Positions 48,386-56,810 of a stretch of DNA of 64,000 bases are shown piece after piece. This DNA comes from Bacteroidales bacterium (GTDB taxonomy: Bacteria; Bacteroidota; Bacteroidia; Bacteroidales; VadinHA17). Under the pieces are notes generated by a model that did no database searches, had not been told where the DNA came from, and saw only the letters and a program-made list of their open reading frames with translations. Location: the NCBI GenBank assembly GCA_003157015.1, contig PMIJ01000092.1, positions 6,731-70,730 on the forward strand, given 5' to 3'. The translations under genes were made by a program, and so were the position numbers. How positions within the stretch are numbered: the stretch's first letter is position 1; each line of letters opens with the position of its first letter.

Positions 48386-49484
48386 TATCTTTCAATTCGA
48401 CCATTGATCCAATGATTGTAACAGGAGTACCTACCTTTGCAATCTTAAAAACAACATCCATCTCTCTATCAGTAAGAGCGATACATCCTTCAGTCCAGTC
48501 TATGCCTTTACCTCCGTTTCCATGAATTTCAATCAATCCGCCAATTTTAGCCGATACAGGAAGAGATCCATGTTCAATTTCAGATCTGAATTTTGCTCTG
48601 TCTTCTTCATTGGGATAATCGAGTAACAGCGCTTTGTAATATTTGGTTTTACCTCCGTCAAATTTTTGGGATATTTTATACATTCCTTCAGGAGTCGCCT
48701 TATCCCCTCTTTCTCTCTTGTCCCCGACCCAGTTTTTTCCTAATTCCGCTTCAAATTCATATTTTCTGACACCTTCAAGATAAATAAAACATTTTCGTGA
48801 AAATTTATCAATAATTATTGAATAATCGCGATTTTTTCTGGATTCATTTACAGTCTTATCAGCCCATTTTTTCCAGACAGAATATGATTTGAAATAATTT
48901 TTCAGATTTGATGATGCATTTTCGTAGGATTCTGTGAGAAGATACTCTGAATCAGTCAGTTTCCTGTTCGCTTGTAAATACTGTCCCTTATCATAGATTA
49001 TCTCGGCCTCATTTAATAATACCTTTCCTTTTGAAATGCGGTTCCGTATTTCAGAAGTTAACGGATAAGTGGTGAAAAGGTCATCAATCTGAGATACCAG
49101 AACATCAAGTGAGTCAATCTTTTGTTTCAGTATTATTTTAAGGTTCGATGAACTGGCTATTGAATTATCAGCGGCAAGGCTTGCTTTTTTGGCTGACAGA
49201 TCAGCAAACATTACAACCTTATCATAATGCCTGAAATAGATAAATCTATTGTTTTCTTTCTTCCAGTTTACCATTGCTGAATCATAAAAGATCTTTGCCT
49301 CGGTAAATAGCTTTTTTGAATATGTATCTGCTTTGTTAGTTCCTGCCTTAGAAAGAATTTCCCTGGCACGTTCCATTTCACCTGAAGGTGGCTTAGGTGT
49401 AAAACGGACCAATAATAAGATTACTAACGGTATAGAAACTGCAATAGCAGAAAAAATCAGCACATCTCTCCAACTCTTTCTCAT
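48372..49484 (-). CDS. L,D-transpeptidase (YkuD domain) with an N-terminal helical DUF4398-like module
   Basis: It has the catalytic IEIHGNGG...TEGCIAL motif and an N-terminal TM helix. The helical region shares YDKGQYLQANRK with the upstream lipoprotein (YDKGSYMDAQNK). Confidence 0.75.
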   Translation of the reverse strand: MRKSWRDVLIFSAIAVSIPLVILLLVRFTPKPPSGEMERAREILSKAGTNKADTYSKKLFTEAKIFYDSAMVNWKKENNRFIYFRHYDKVVMFADLSAKKASLAADNSIASSSNLKIILKQKIDSLDVLVSQIDDLFTTYPLTSEIRNRISKGKVLLNEAEIIYDKGQYLQANRKLTDSEYLLTESYENASSNLKNYFKSYSVWKKWADKTVNESRKNRDYSIIIDKFSRKCFIYLEGVRKYEFEAELGKNWVGDKRERGDKATPEGMYKISQKFDGGKTKYYKALLLDYPNEEDRAKFRSEIEHGSLPVSAKIGGLIEIHGNGGKGIDWTEGCIALTDREMDVVFKIAKVGTPVTIIGSMVELKDIVDK

Positions 49485-49503
49485 GTAAACCTGTGACGAT
49501 TTT

Positions 49504-49530
49504 AAAAAAAACCCCGGAAATTTCCCGGGG
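49504..49530 (-). terminator. Rho-independent terminator after the Ala/Lys-rich lipoprotein gene
   Basis: On the minus strand it reads CCCCGG-GAAATTT-CCGGGG followed by T8, and it sits 30 nt after the stop codon. Confidence 0.75.
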
Positions 49531-49560
49531 ATTTTATATAAATAAGTTAATACTTATTAA

Positions 49561-50229
49561 TTATTTTTTCTTTGGTGCCGGTGCTGCTGCAGGTTTAGCT
49601 GCTGGCTTAACTGCTGGTTTAGCTGCTGATGCTGCTTTTCCTCCGTGTACTTTCGCAATAGCATCTTTTAATTCAGTATTGATACCTGTTGCACTTGCGT
49701 TGGCTGCTTTAACTTTATTCTGAGCATCCATGTATGAACCTTTGTCGTACAAACCCTGAGCTTCTGCTACAGTTGCATCGATAGTAGTCATTTCGGTTTT
49801 AATCTGCTCAAGAACAGCTGCGCCTTCTTTACCTCTAGGAGCTTTTGTAATAAGAGTTTTGTTTTCTTCAATAACAGCTTTTACAGCTGCCAGGGAAGTT
49901 TCAACATCTTTCTTAACTTCTTCTTTTTTAGCTACAGCATCAGTTGCTGTTTTATTGGCTGCGGCTAAAGTAGCATCCAATTTGAGTTCAATAGGACCAA
50001 ATTTCTTGAATAATTTTGATTTCTGAACTTCAATTGCAGCATTAATAGATTTCATAGAATCCTGTACAGCTGAAAGTTCAGCAGGTACATAAACAGCTGC
50101 TTCAGCAGTCTGTGCAGCTGCGATTGCTGCGTTAGTAGCATCAACTTTTGCCTGTGGAACTTTTCCACAACTAGAAAGGAAAGCAACCATTGCGATAGCG
50201 GCTAATCCCATTAAAACTTTGTTCTTCAT
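49561..50229 (-). CDS. Ala/Lys-rich helical lipoprotein (DUF4398-like) with a C-terminal AKP repeat ending in KKK
   Basis: It has the lipobox AFLSSC and predicted helical repeats (AEAAVYVPAELSAVQDSM, EAQGLYDKGSYMDAQNK). The tail is AAKPAVKPAAKPAAAPAPKKK. The ATG at 50229 is preferred over 50265. Confidence 0.6.
   Translation of the reverse strand: MKNKVLMGLAAIAMVAFLSSCGKVPQAKVDATNAAIAAAQTAEAAVYVPAELSAVQDSMKSINAAIEVQKSKLFKKFGPIELKLDATLAAANKTATDAVAKKEEVKKDVETSLAAVKAVIEENKTLITKAPRGKEGAAVLEQIKTEMTTIDATVAEAQGLYDKGSYMDAQNKVKAANASATGINTELKDAIAKVHGGKAASAAKPAVKPAAKPAAAPAPKKK
49589..49624 (-). repeat. Three tandem 12-nt units (plus strand GCWGGYTTARCT) encoding the AKP repeat tail of the lipoprotein
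   Basis: GCAGGTTTAGCT GCTGGCTTAACT GCTGGTTTAGCT, in frame within CDS 49561-50229. Confidence 0.7.
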
Positions 50230-50311
50230 TTTTCTAACCTTTTTAATACTTTGTTTATTTAACAACTTCCGATCTATTTAGTTTAATCGTTTTCGTTTAA
50301 AAATTACGGTG

Positions 50312-50319
50312 CAAATATA
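50312..50319 (-). promoter_or_regulatory. Bacteroidetes-type -7 box upstream of the Ala/Lys-rich lipoprotein gene
   Basis: The minus strand reads TATATTTG, 82 nt upstream of ATG 50229. Confidence 0.3.
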
Positions 50320-50508
50320 TTAAAATTATAGAACATTACAATATAAAAATGAAATAATCTTGGTTTCCGGTAAAAAATATGTCGTAAAACACATTATTTT
50401 GTAACTGTTTGGCTATTTCTAATTACTTATGTTACTTTTCATTCCAAAGTAAAACCAAGAGGTTCCAATCCGCTTTGTATTTCACCGCATGACATGTACA
50501 GGTTCTAT

Positions 50509-53319
50509 TTACTCTTCACTTTCAGATTCTTTAATAAGAAACTCCGTGAGATTCTTATCATGACCAAGGCTTAGTTTCCGCCTTAACCGGTACCTGCTTA
50601 TTTCGACTGCCCTGCCTGAGATATTTAAAAGTTTGGCAATTTCTTTCGTAGTAAAGTTCATTCTCAGGTATGAGCTCAGTCTCAGATCATGAGGTGTCAG
50701 ATTAGGATACTTTTCTTTTAACCTTTTAAAGAATCCCTGCTGTGATAATTTCAGAACATTCATTGCATTCTTCCACTCTTCAGTCTGTGAATCGCGACCT
50801 TGATTTATTATCCTTTCCATCTCCCTTATGAATTTCACGGGAAATTTTGCAGATTGCTCCTGAAGAGTATTAATCTGTTCGTGTAATTCCGTTAAAATTT
50901 CATTCTTTTGTATAAGGTATCTCATTGTAAGCATCAACTCATAACTCTTGTAATCCAGTTCACTCTCCAGTCTGTTTCTATTTACTTCGAATTCAATAAG
51001 CTGCTTTTGCTTTCTGAGTTCAACCCTGAATATTCTTATACTTAGAACAACAACGCTCATCAGGATCAGGCTGTATAAAACATATGAGTACCATTCCAAA
51101 TACCATGGTCTTTCAATAGTAAATACCAGCGTATCGAAATTACTTGTTATATCTGACCTGATAATAAGGTTGTAAGTTCCATAACCAAGGTTTAGATATG
51201 AAAAATAATCCTGTGTTGTAATGTGCCAGTCATCATCAATCTCTAAAAGTTTATATTGAAACTCCTTCTGCTCCATATAAAACTGGCCCGGATTGGCGAA
51301 ATGGACTGTAAGATTATTTGTATTGTATGGAACCTTTATTTCACCATTGTGTTCAACCGAAAATTCAATCTTTTTTTTGTTGCCCTGAAAAACCAGGTTG
51401 GTGATTTTTAAATCCGACGCAGATGAAGATAATCCCAAATGTGCCAGATTATAAACTATAAAAGCCTGTCGGGTTGGAATAAGTACACTCTTTTCACTCA
51501 GCTGAATGATCTGCAATTCTCTTTCGCGGACATCAGAAGATTTCTGAACAAGCTCCAGTTTCTTTACTGCCTCGAAATCTTTCGATATTTCAAATAAAGC
51601 AATTTTGTTTCCATTGACAAACCAGTAGTTATTTTTCAGATAGGGTATTATCTGAGATGCTCTCCGGAAATCTCCCAGAGTGAGGTTAAGTTTTACTAAC
51701 GGGATGATTTCTCCTTTTTCATAATTAAATGCATAAGTAGAGTCAGATGTGGAAAAAATGATCTGATTATTAATTTTGTGGATAGCTATTTTTCTTGGGA
51801 CTCCCGAAATGCTATTAAAAAACTTTAAATTGACAATTGAATCAAGCGCTTCATTCAACTCAATTTTATAAATACCTTTTTGAGGATGTGAAGCCCAAAT
51901 ATATCCAAGATAATCAACTTCGATGTTTCTGGTAGGCTCAATAAATCCTTTAATTCTGTTCCTGAATGTCCATCTGCCTTTATTATCTTTTTTGAAGAAA
52001 ATGATACCCGTGTAAGTTCCCTCGATCAGAAGATCATTATATCTTTTTATGGTCCAACCTCCTGTAACATCTGATATCTTTCTTACATCTGATCCATCAA
52101 GGAGAAAAGTACCATCGTTATGTCCACACAATATCTGGTCATCGTACTGATCAATTGTCCAGACCTGCCCCTGGGTTCCGGGTATAAGTTTAATATCCGA
52201 AAAGCTATAATCTTCATTCATATTTTTAATTGTAGCTACAAACAAACCATGGTTTGTGCCTAGGTACAACTTCCCTTTATCTTGAATAGTGGTATAAATT
52301 GTACCCAATGTGCCGGAAGAATTAGTAAAGGTAGCCCCGGGAGAAAAAACATTAAAATAATTTGCTCCCTCATCCAAACCGATCCATAAACCGTTATCAC
52401 GATCCTTGTAGAGAGATAATACTGTATTGTTATTCAGGCCATTGGTATAATCAAACTTCTTTACTATTTCCCCTTCTCTGTTACTAAGTACAACTCCATT
52501 CTGTATGGTGCCAAAAACAAATAGCGAATCATTCAGGGACAATCCGGCGTTACAGGTTTGTAACTTCAGGTAAGAAGATATTTCAGAATTCATAAAAATA
52601 AATTTTCCGCGGTGAAAACTAAAAATCCCGTCATTTGCTGTACAAATCCAGTACTCATCATTACCTTTTTCAATAATAGAATGCACTTTTTTCCAGCTGA
52701 AGAGTTCACTCCCCTCAATAAATTTGAATTTGTCTCCATTGAACCAGTAAAGACCACTCCCAAGTCCCTGGGTTATAAATCCTTTGCTGGTTCGAAACAT
52801 AAATAATAAAATAGATGGCCCCTTTATGGGTTTTACTTCAGCTCCGTTATAAGAATAAATTGTTGTGAATGATTGAAAGTAAATGATGCCTTTATCTTCG
52901 TAGATTTTCCATATCTCATCATTTTTCTCGATACTCATTTTAGCAGAAAGAGAATGATAAATAAGGTTGCCATTGTGGCTATCCTTCCAATAACCAAATT
53001 CCTCAAAAGAACCGGTAAATATGGTCCCATCCCGGGAAACATGCACAGATCTAATTGTTTGTCCATATGGAAGGCTGAAACGCCTGCAGCTGATTCCGTT
53101 GAATTCTATCAATCCTTCAGAATTTGCAAAGTAAATGAATCCGTTTACCGAATTCTGGCTGATTCCCCAGTTTTGATTTTCAACAGGAACATGGCTGGAA
53201 ATAAACCTTTTAATATCTTGATCGTTGGATAAAGATGAAGCATTGAGGAAGGAAATCCCGGAGAGAGAAAGTAAAACAGTGATCCATAATCCGGAAATAT
53301 TTTTCAGAGTTACTGACAT
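50509..53319 (-). CDS. Transmembrane one-component regulator: periplasmic two-component-regulator-propeller repeats plus Y_Y_Y domain, TM helix, coiled coil, LuxR/GerE HTH
   Basis: Propeller-like repeats are present (GFIYFANSEGL, DEYWICTANDGIF, NGLWIGLDEGANYF, GKLYLGTNHGLFV). The Y_Y_Y-like string is FQYKLLEIDDDW...GYGTYNLIIRS, the TM helix is YSYVLYSLILMSVVVLSI and the C-terminal HTH is LTPHDLRLSSYLRMNFTTKEIAKLLNISGRAVEISRYRLRRKL. No kinase or receiver motifs are present. Confidence 0.7.
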   Translation of the reverse strand: MSVTLKNISGLWITVLLSLSGISFLNASSLSNDQDIKRFISSHVPVENQNWGISQNSVNGFIYFANSEGLIEFNGISCRRFSLPYGQTIRSVHVSRDGTIFTGSFEEFGYWKDSHNGNLIYHSLSAKMSIEKNDEIWKIYEDKGIIYFQSFTTIYSYNGAEVKPIKGPSILLFMFRTSKGFITQGLGSGLYWFNGDKFKFIEGSELFSWKKVHSIIEKGNDEYWICTANDGIFSFHRGKFIFMNSEISSYLKLQTCNAGLSLNDSLFVFGTIQNGVVLSNREGEIVKKFDYTNGLNNNTVLSLYKDRDNGLWIGLDEGANYFNVFSPGATFTNSSGTLGTIYTTIQDKGKLYLGTNHGLFVATIKNMNEDYSFSDIKLIPGTQGQVWTIDQYDDQILCGHNDGTFLLDGSDVRKISDVTGGWTIKRYNDLLIEGTYTGIIFFKKDNKGRWTFRNRIKGFIEPTRNIEVDYLGYIWASHPQKGIYKIELNEALDSIVNLKFFNSISGVPRKIAIHKINNQIIFSTSDSTYAFNYEKGEIIPLVKLNLTLGDFRRASQIIPYLKNNYWFVNGNKIALFEISKDFEAVKKLELVQKSSDVRERELQIIQLSEKSVLIPTRQAFIVYNLAHLGLSSSASDLKITNLVFQGNKKKIEFSVEHNGEIKVPYNTNNLTVHFANPGQFYMEQKEFQYKLLEIDDDWHITTQDYFSYLNLGYGTYNLIIRSDITSNFDTLVFTIERPWYLEWYSYVLYSLILMSVVVLSIRIFRVELRKQKQLIEFEVNRNRLESELDYKSYELMLTMRYLIQKNEILTELHEQINTLQEQSAKFPVKFIREMERIINQGRDSQTEEWKNAMNVLKLSQQGFFKRLKEKYPNLTPHDLRLSSYLRMNFTTKEIAKLLNISGRAVEISRYRLRRKLSLGHDKNLTEFLIKESESEE

Positions 53320-53409
53320 CTGGTTAATCCATGCAAGGTTCTTTAAAGCTTTTAAATTTACAAATTATCTTTTAAAAACCTTTGTAAAGTAGTGCAATAT
53401 GATTTCAGG

Positions 53410-54771
53410 TCAGTAGCTGAATCCCAGTTTTTGAAGACCATTTTTGATTTCCGGACTTGACATGAATAGATTCCAGATCAGACCAGATCTGTAGTTTTCG
53501 ATCATAATTACCACTGGTCCCTGATCTATAGCAAGATATCGTTCGGGGTACCAGTTTTTCTGTTCACTGAAGGCATCATAAAAACCATAAATACCCCATA
53601 TCTTGCTGCCAAGTTCATAATAGAAATATTTCAAGGCAGCCATCGATTGTTCCGGGGTATATGGAAAAGCTGATAGTGCGGCAGTTGGAGTAATAACTCC
53701 AAGGTCATTATTTTCCCCGGGGCTATGAGCTGCATAGCCATTAACGGAATAACTTGCACTTAATCCCCAGCAATCTTCACTATATCCTGCATACTTGTCA
53801 GGATTCCTGATACACCATTGCCAATTAATAAGGGTCTGATTAATATTTTCGTGCCAGTAATCTGCATACGAGTCTTTAAGATGTCTGGGATCTAATCCCA
53901 GGTAAGAATAATGAGTCCAAAATAATGGACCACCAAATTCTGGTGAACCATTATGGTTCAATGATAATACATAACCATATTTTTCATGTTCCTCTTTTAT
54001 TGCGCCATCCCTTGCCCATCCCTTATGATAAACTACAGAAGAAACAGGAAAAGTCGGAGAAGATGCTGCAAGTACATACAATATCAAGCATTCGTTATAA
54101 CCTTTTACCGGATTATTCATCTGCCAGCCATAATCAGGTGACCAGTGCCAGTAAATAACAGGTTCGCCACCTTTTGTAAACCAATTCCAATCAACTTCTT
54201 TCCATAGCGTGTCAATCCTGGCAGCAAGTGCTTTTTCCTGGTCTGATCCATTGATAAAATATTGACGTACCGCCAATAATCCCTGGACCAGGTAAGCCGT
54301 TTCCACAATATCTGCTCCATCGTCTTTCTTACTGAATGGCTTCACATTTCCAGTTTCACCATACAACCAGTGAGGCCATGCTCCATGGAACCTGTCGGCT
54401 TTTCTAAGGAAATCCAATATCTTTAAATAACGATTAATGGCTTCATCCCTGGTAATAAAACCTCTTTCAATACCTGCCAGTATTGCCATAAGACCAAACC
54501 CGCTTCCTCCTGTTGTAACAACATTCATGTCATTCTCGGGATAAATTCCGTCTACATGAAATCGCTCACGGGCCATTCCCGAATTAGGTTCAGCTCCATT
54601 CCAGAAATATTGAAAGGTTCTGTACTGAACCAGCGTGAGGAGTGAATCATCTGATATCTTTTTAAACTCTGACGCACTATATTTACCAGTTGTTTTGTCA
54701 CTCTTACCGACACATCCGCTAACACCAAATATAATTAGAGCTAACAGTGTATATACTCTGAGGTTTTTCAT
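53410..54771 (-). CDS. GH144-like glycoside hydrolase (PF10091 'putative glucoamylase' family; beta-1,2-glucanase-like) lipoprotein
   Basis: It has the lipobox FGVSGC. Family strings are LVQYRTFQYFWNGAEPNSGMARER, TTGGSGFGLMAI, RFHGAWPHWL and DDGADIVETAYL. The ATG at 54771 is preferred (MKNLRVY...). Confidence 0.55.
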   Translation of the reverse strand: MKNLRVYTLLALIIFGVSGCVGKSDKTTGKYSASEFKKISDDSLLTLVQYRTFQYFWNGAEPNSGMARERFHVDGIYPENDMNVVTTGGSGFGLMAILAGIERGFITRDEAINRYLKILDFLRKADRFHGAWPHWLYGETGNVKPFSKKDDGADIVETAYLVQGLLAVRQYFINGSDQEKALAARIDTLWKEVDWNWFTKGGEPVIYWHWSPDYGWQMNNPVKGYNECLILYVLAASSPTFPVSSVVYHKGWARDGAIKEEHEKYGYVLSLNHNGSPEFGGPLFWTHYSYLGLDPRHLKDSYADYWHENINQTLINWQWCIRNPDKYAGYSEDCWGLSASYSVNGYAAHSPGENNDLGVITPTAALSAFPYTPEQSMAALKYFYYELGSKIWGIYGFYDAFSEQKNWYPERYLAIDQGPVVIMIENYRSGLIWNLFMSSPEIKNGLQKLGFSY

Positions 54772-54775
54772 TTTT

Positions 54776-56737
54776 TCAATATGTGAAGCCAAGTTTTGTC
54801 AGGCCGTTTTGTACTTCTGGGGCTGACATGAATAAATTCCATAGAAGTCCTGTTCTGTAGTTTTCAATCATACAGATAATTGGTCCCTGGTCGATTGCCA
54901 GGGTAGAGTTTGCCCACCAGCCAACAGTTACGTCAAAAGCATCGTAAAAGCCATAATTGCCCCAGAGATGATCCCCAAGAAAATAGTAATCAGTTTTCAA
55001 TGCATCAAGGGATTGAGAAGGTGTGTAGGGAATAGATGATATGGCTGCTGTTGGTGTGATCACTCCAAGGTCATTGGTCGGAGATTGTGCATTATACCCG
55101 GTTGGATTATCGGAAGCAGTCAATCCCCAGATACCAGTACCATAACCAGGGTATTTTTGGGGATTTGCCTGGCAATAGTACCAGTTTATCAGAGACTGAT
55201 TTACATTTTGTTCCCAATAATCAGCGTATTGATCTTTAAGGTGTCGCGGATCAAGACCCAAAAATGAATATTGGGTAAAAAACAGAGGTCCGCCATAGGC
55301 CTGACCCAATGGCAAAAGATATCCGTAATAACTACTCCCGTTTTTTATTCCTCCATTATTCGCGTAACCCATTGTATAAACATCTTGTGTAATTGTATGT
55401 GTAGGAGAAGATGCGGCCAAAACGTAAGTGATCAGGGTTTCATTGTAGCCCTGAACTTTCAGATTGTATCCATAATTAGGCGACCATTCCCAGTAGAGGG
55501 TATTTTGACCATTCGTAAACCAGTCAAATTCTACAGATTTATATAAATTATTGATCCTGCCGATTTCTGTTTTCTCTGCCACGACTGTCGAATCAAGATA
55601 TTGTCTCATGCATAAAAGTCCCTGAATCATATATGAGGTTTCCACTATATCTCCACCGTTGTCCTGGGCGCTGAATGGTACCGTTTTACCGGTAACCCCA
55701 TTTAACCAATGAGGCCAGACGCCATGAAAACGATCACAGGTTTCCAGGAAGCCAAGTATTTTATCCAGTCTGGATATTCCATCGGTTCTTGTAATGAATC
55801 CTCTATTAATGGCCACAATTATATCCATAATTCCAAATCCTGAGCCTCCTGTTGTTACTACATCGCCTGAGGTATTGCGTTCTCGGGCCATACCACTTGA
55901 AGGATGCCCGAAATCCCAGAAATATTTGAAGGTTTGTCGTTGTACAAGTGTTAAAAGATCATCATCCGATAATTGTGCGAACTGATATGTGGAATCGATC
56001 GCTGTAAAAAAATATGATGAAAAACCTGTGAAGGTAAATCCACCGGCAGATGTCAGTGCAGACGAAATGGATAATGAATATTTGGTCAGGCCTTTAGCCT
56101 TGCCACTATTAGTTGCAGTAAGGGTTTTGTTGTCGCTTGACAACATATAGATTAATGAGGGTCCCGTAAATGTAAATGATGATTTGTAATTGGAAGGATC
56201 CAGAGCCTGAGAAAAAATTATTTTTATATTAATTGCTTTGGGGTCAATGTTTTGTAAAGGAGTAGTTGTCATAGATTTTCCATTAAGAGTAATGGAATCA
56301 ATCACTATGGAGCCTGCTATGGTGGTAAATTTAAACTGGATACCCGGAAATGTCTCCCCGTTCAATCCATGCAATGCAGAGGAAATTGACAGTGTATAAT
56401 TTGTGGAGTAAAGTAGTATCGGAGTCGGTGTCAGGATGAGACCAGTTGAATTGTTTACTGGAGAGTAAGTAAAATGGATCACCGTACCGGTTGAATCATG
56501 AAGGCTGATCACCTTTTTTATGGAACTGGTATCTACCGCAATGTTGAATGTTAACTGGATGGGCTGATCATTGGGTACATTTTTTAACATATTGCCGGAA
56601 CTGAGTGTGGAATTACCAATCTTTACGGTTATCAGCTGGATCATTCCTGCATTTTTATTCTGTGAGTTATCCTTCTTACACGATAATAAGCAAATGAAGA
56701 ATATGAAAAGGAAGACCGGCAATATTTTATATTTCAT
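54776..56737 (-). CDS. GH144-like glycoside hydrolase with two N-terminal Ig-like (SbsA_Ig-type) domains, lipoprotein
   Basis: It has the lipobox ICLLSC and two beta-sandwich repeats (..YTLSISSALHGLNGE.., ..YSLSISSALTSAGG..). It has the same catalytic-domain strings as 53410-54771 (LVQRQTFKYFWDFGHPSSGMARER, TTGGSGFGIMDI, RFHGVWPHWL). The ATG at 56737 is preferred. Confidence 0.55.
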   Translation of the reverse strand: MKYKILPVFLFIFFICLLSCKKDNSQNKNAGMIQLITVKIGNSTLSSGNMLKNVPNDQPIQLTFNIAVDTSSIKKVISLHDSTGTVIHFTYSPVNNSTGLILTPTPILLYSTNYTLSISSALHGLNGETFPGIQFKFTTIAGSIVIDSITLNGKSMTTTPLQNIDPKAINIKIIFSQALDPSNYKSSFTFTGPSLIYMLSSDNKTLTATNSGKAKGLTKYSLSISSALTSAGGFTFTGFSSYFFTAIDSTYQFAQLSDDDLLTLVQRQTFKYFWDFGHPSSGMARERNTSGDVVTTGGSGFGIMDIIVAINRGFITRTDGISRLDKILGFLETCDRFHGVWPHWLNGVTGKTVPFSAQDNGGDIVETSYMIQGLLCMRQYLDSTVVAEKTEIGRINNLYKSVEFDWFTNGQNTLYWEWSPNYGYNLKVQGYNETLITYVLAASSPTHTITQDVYTMGYANNGGIKNGSSYYGYLLPLGQAYGGPLFFTQYSFLGLDPRHLKDQYADYWEQNVNQSLINWYYCQANPQKYPGYGTGIWGLTASDNPTGYNAQSPTNDLGVITPTAAISSIPYTPSQSLDALKTDYYFLGDHLWGNYGFYDAFDVTVGWWANSTLAIDQGPIICMIENYRTGLLWNLFMSAPEVQNGLTKLGFTY

Positions 56738-56810
56738 AGCTAAAAGATAATAAATAAAAAGAAAAGGAAGGACTATTTTGCCCTCCCTTTTCAACTGACT
56801 GCAAAACTAA

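Noticed and set aside
49564-49640. Tandem 12-nt repeats, considered as a microsatellite, CRISPR-like or phase-variable tract
   Set aside because: There are only three in-frame degenerate units, and they encode the AKP tail. There are no spacers and no homopolymeric slippage tract.
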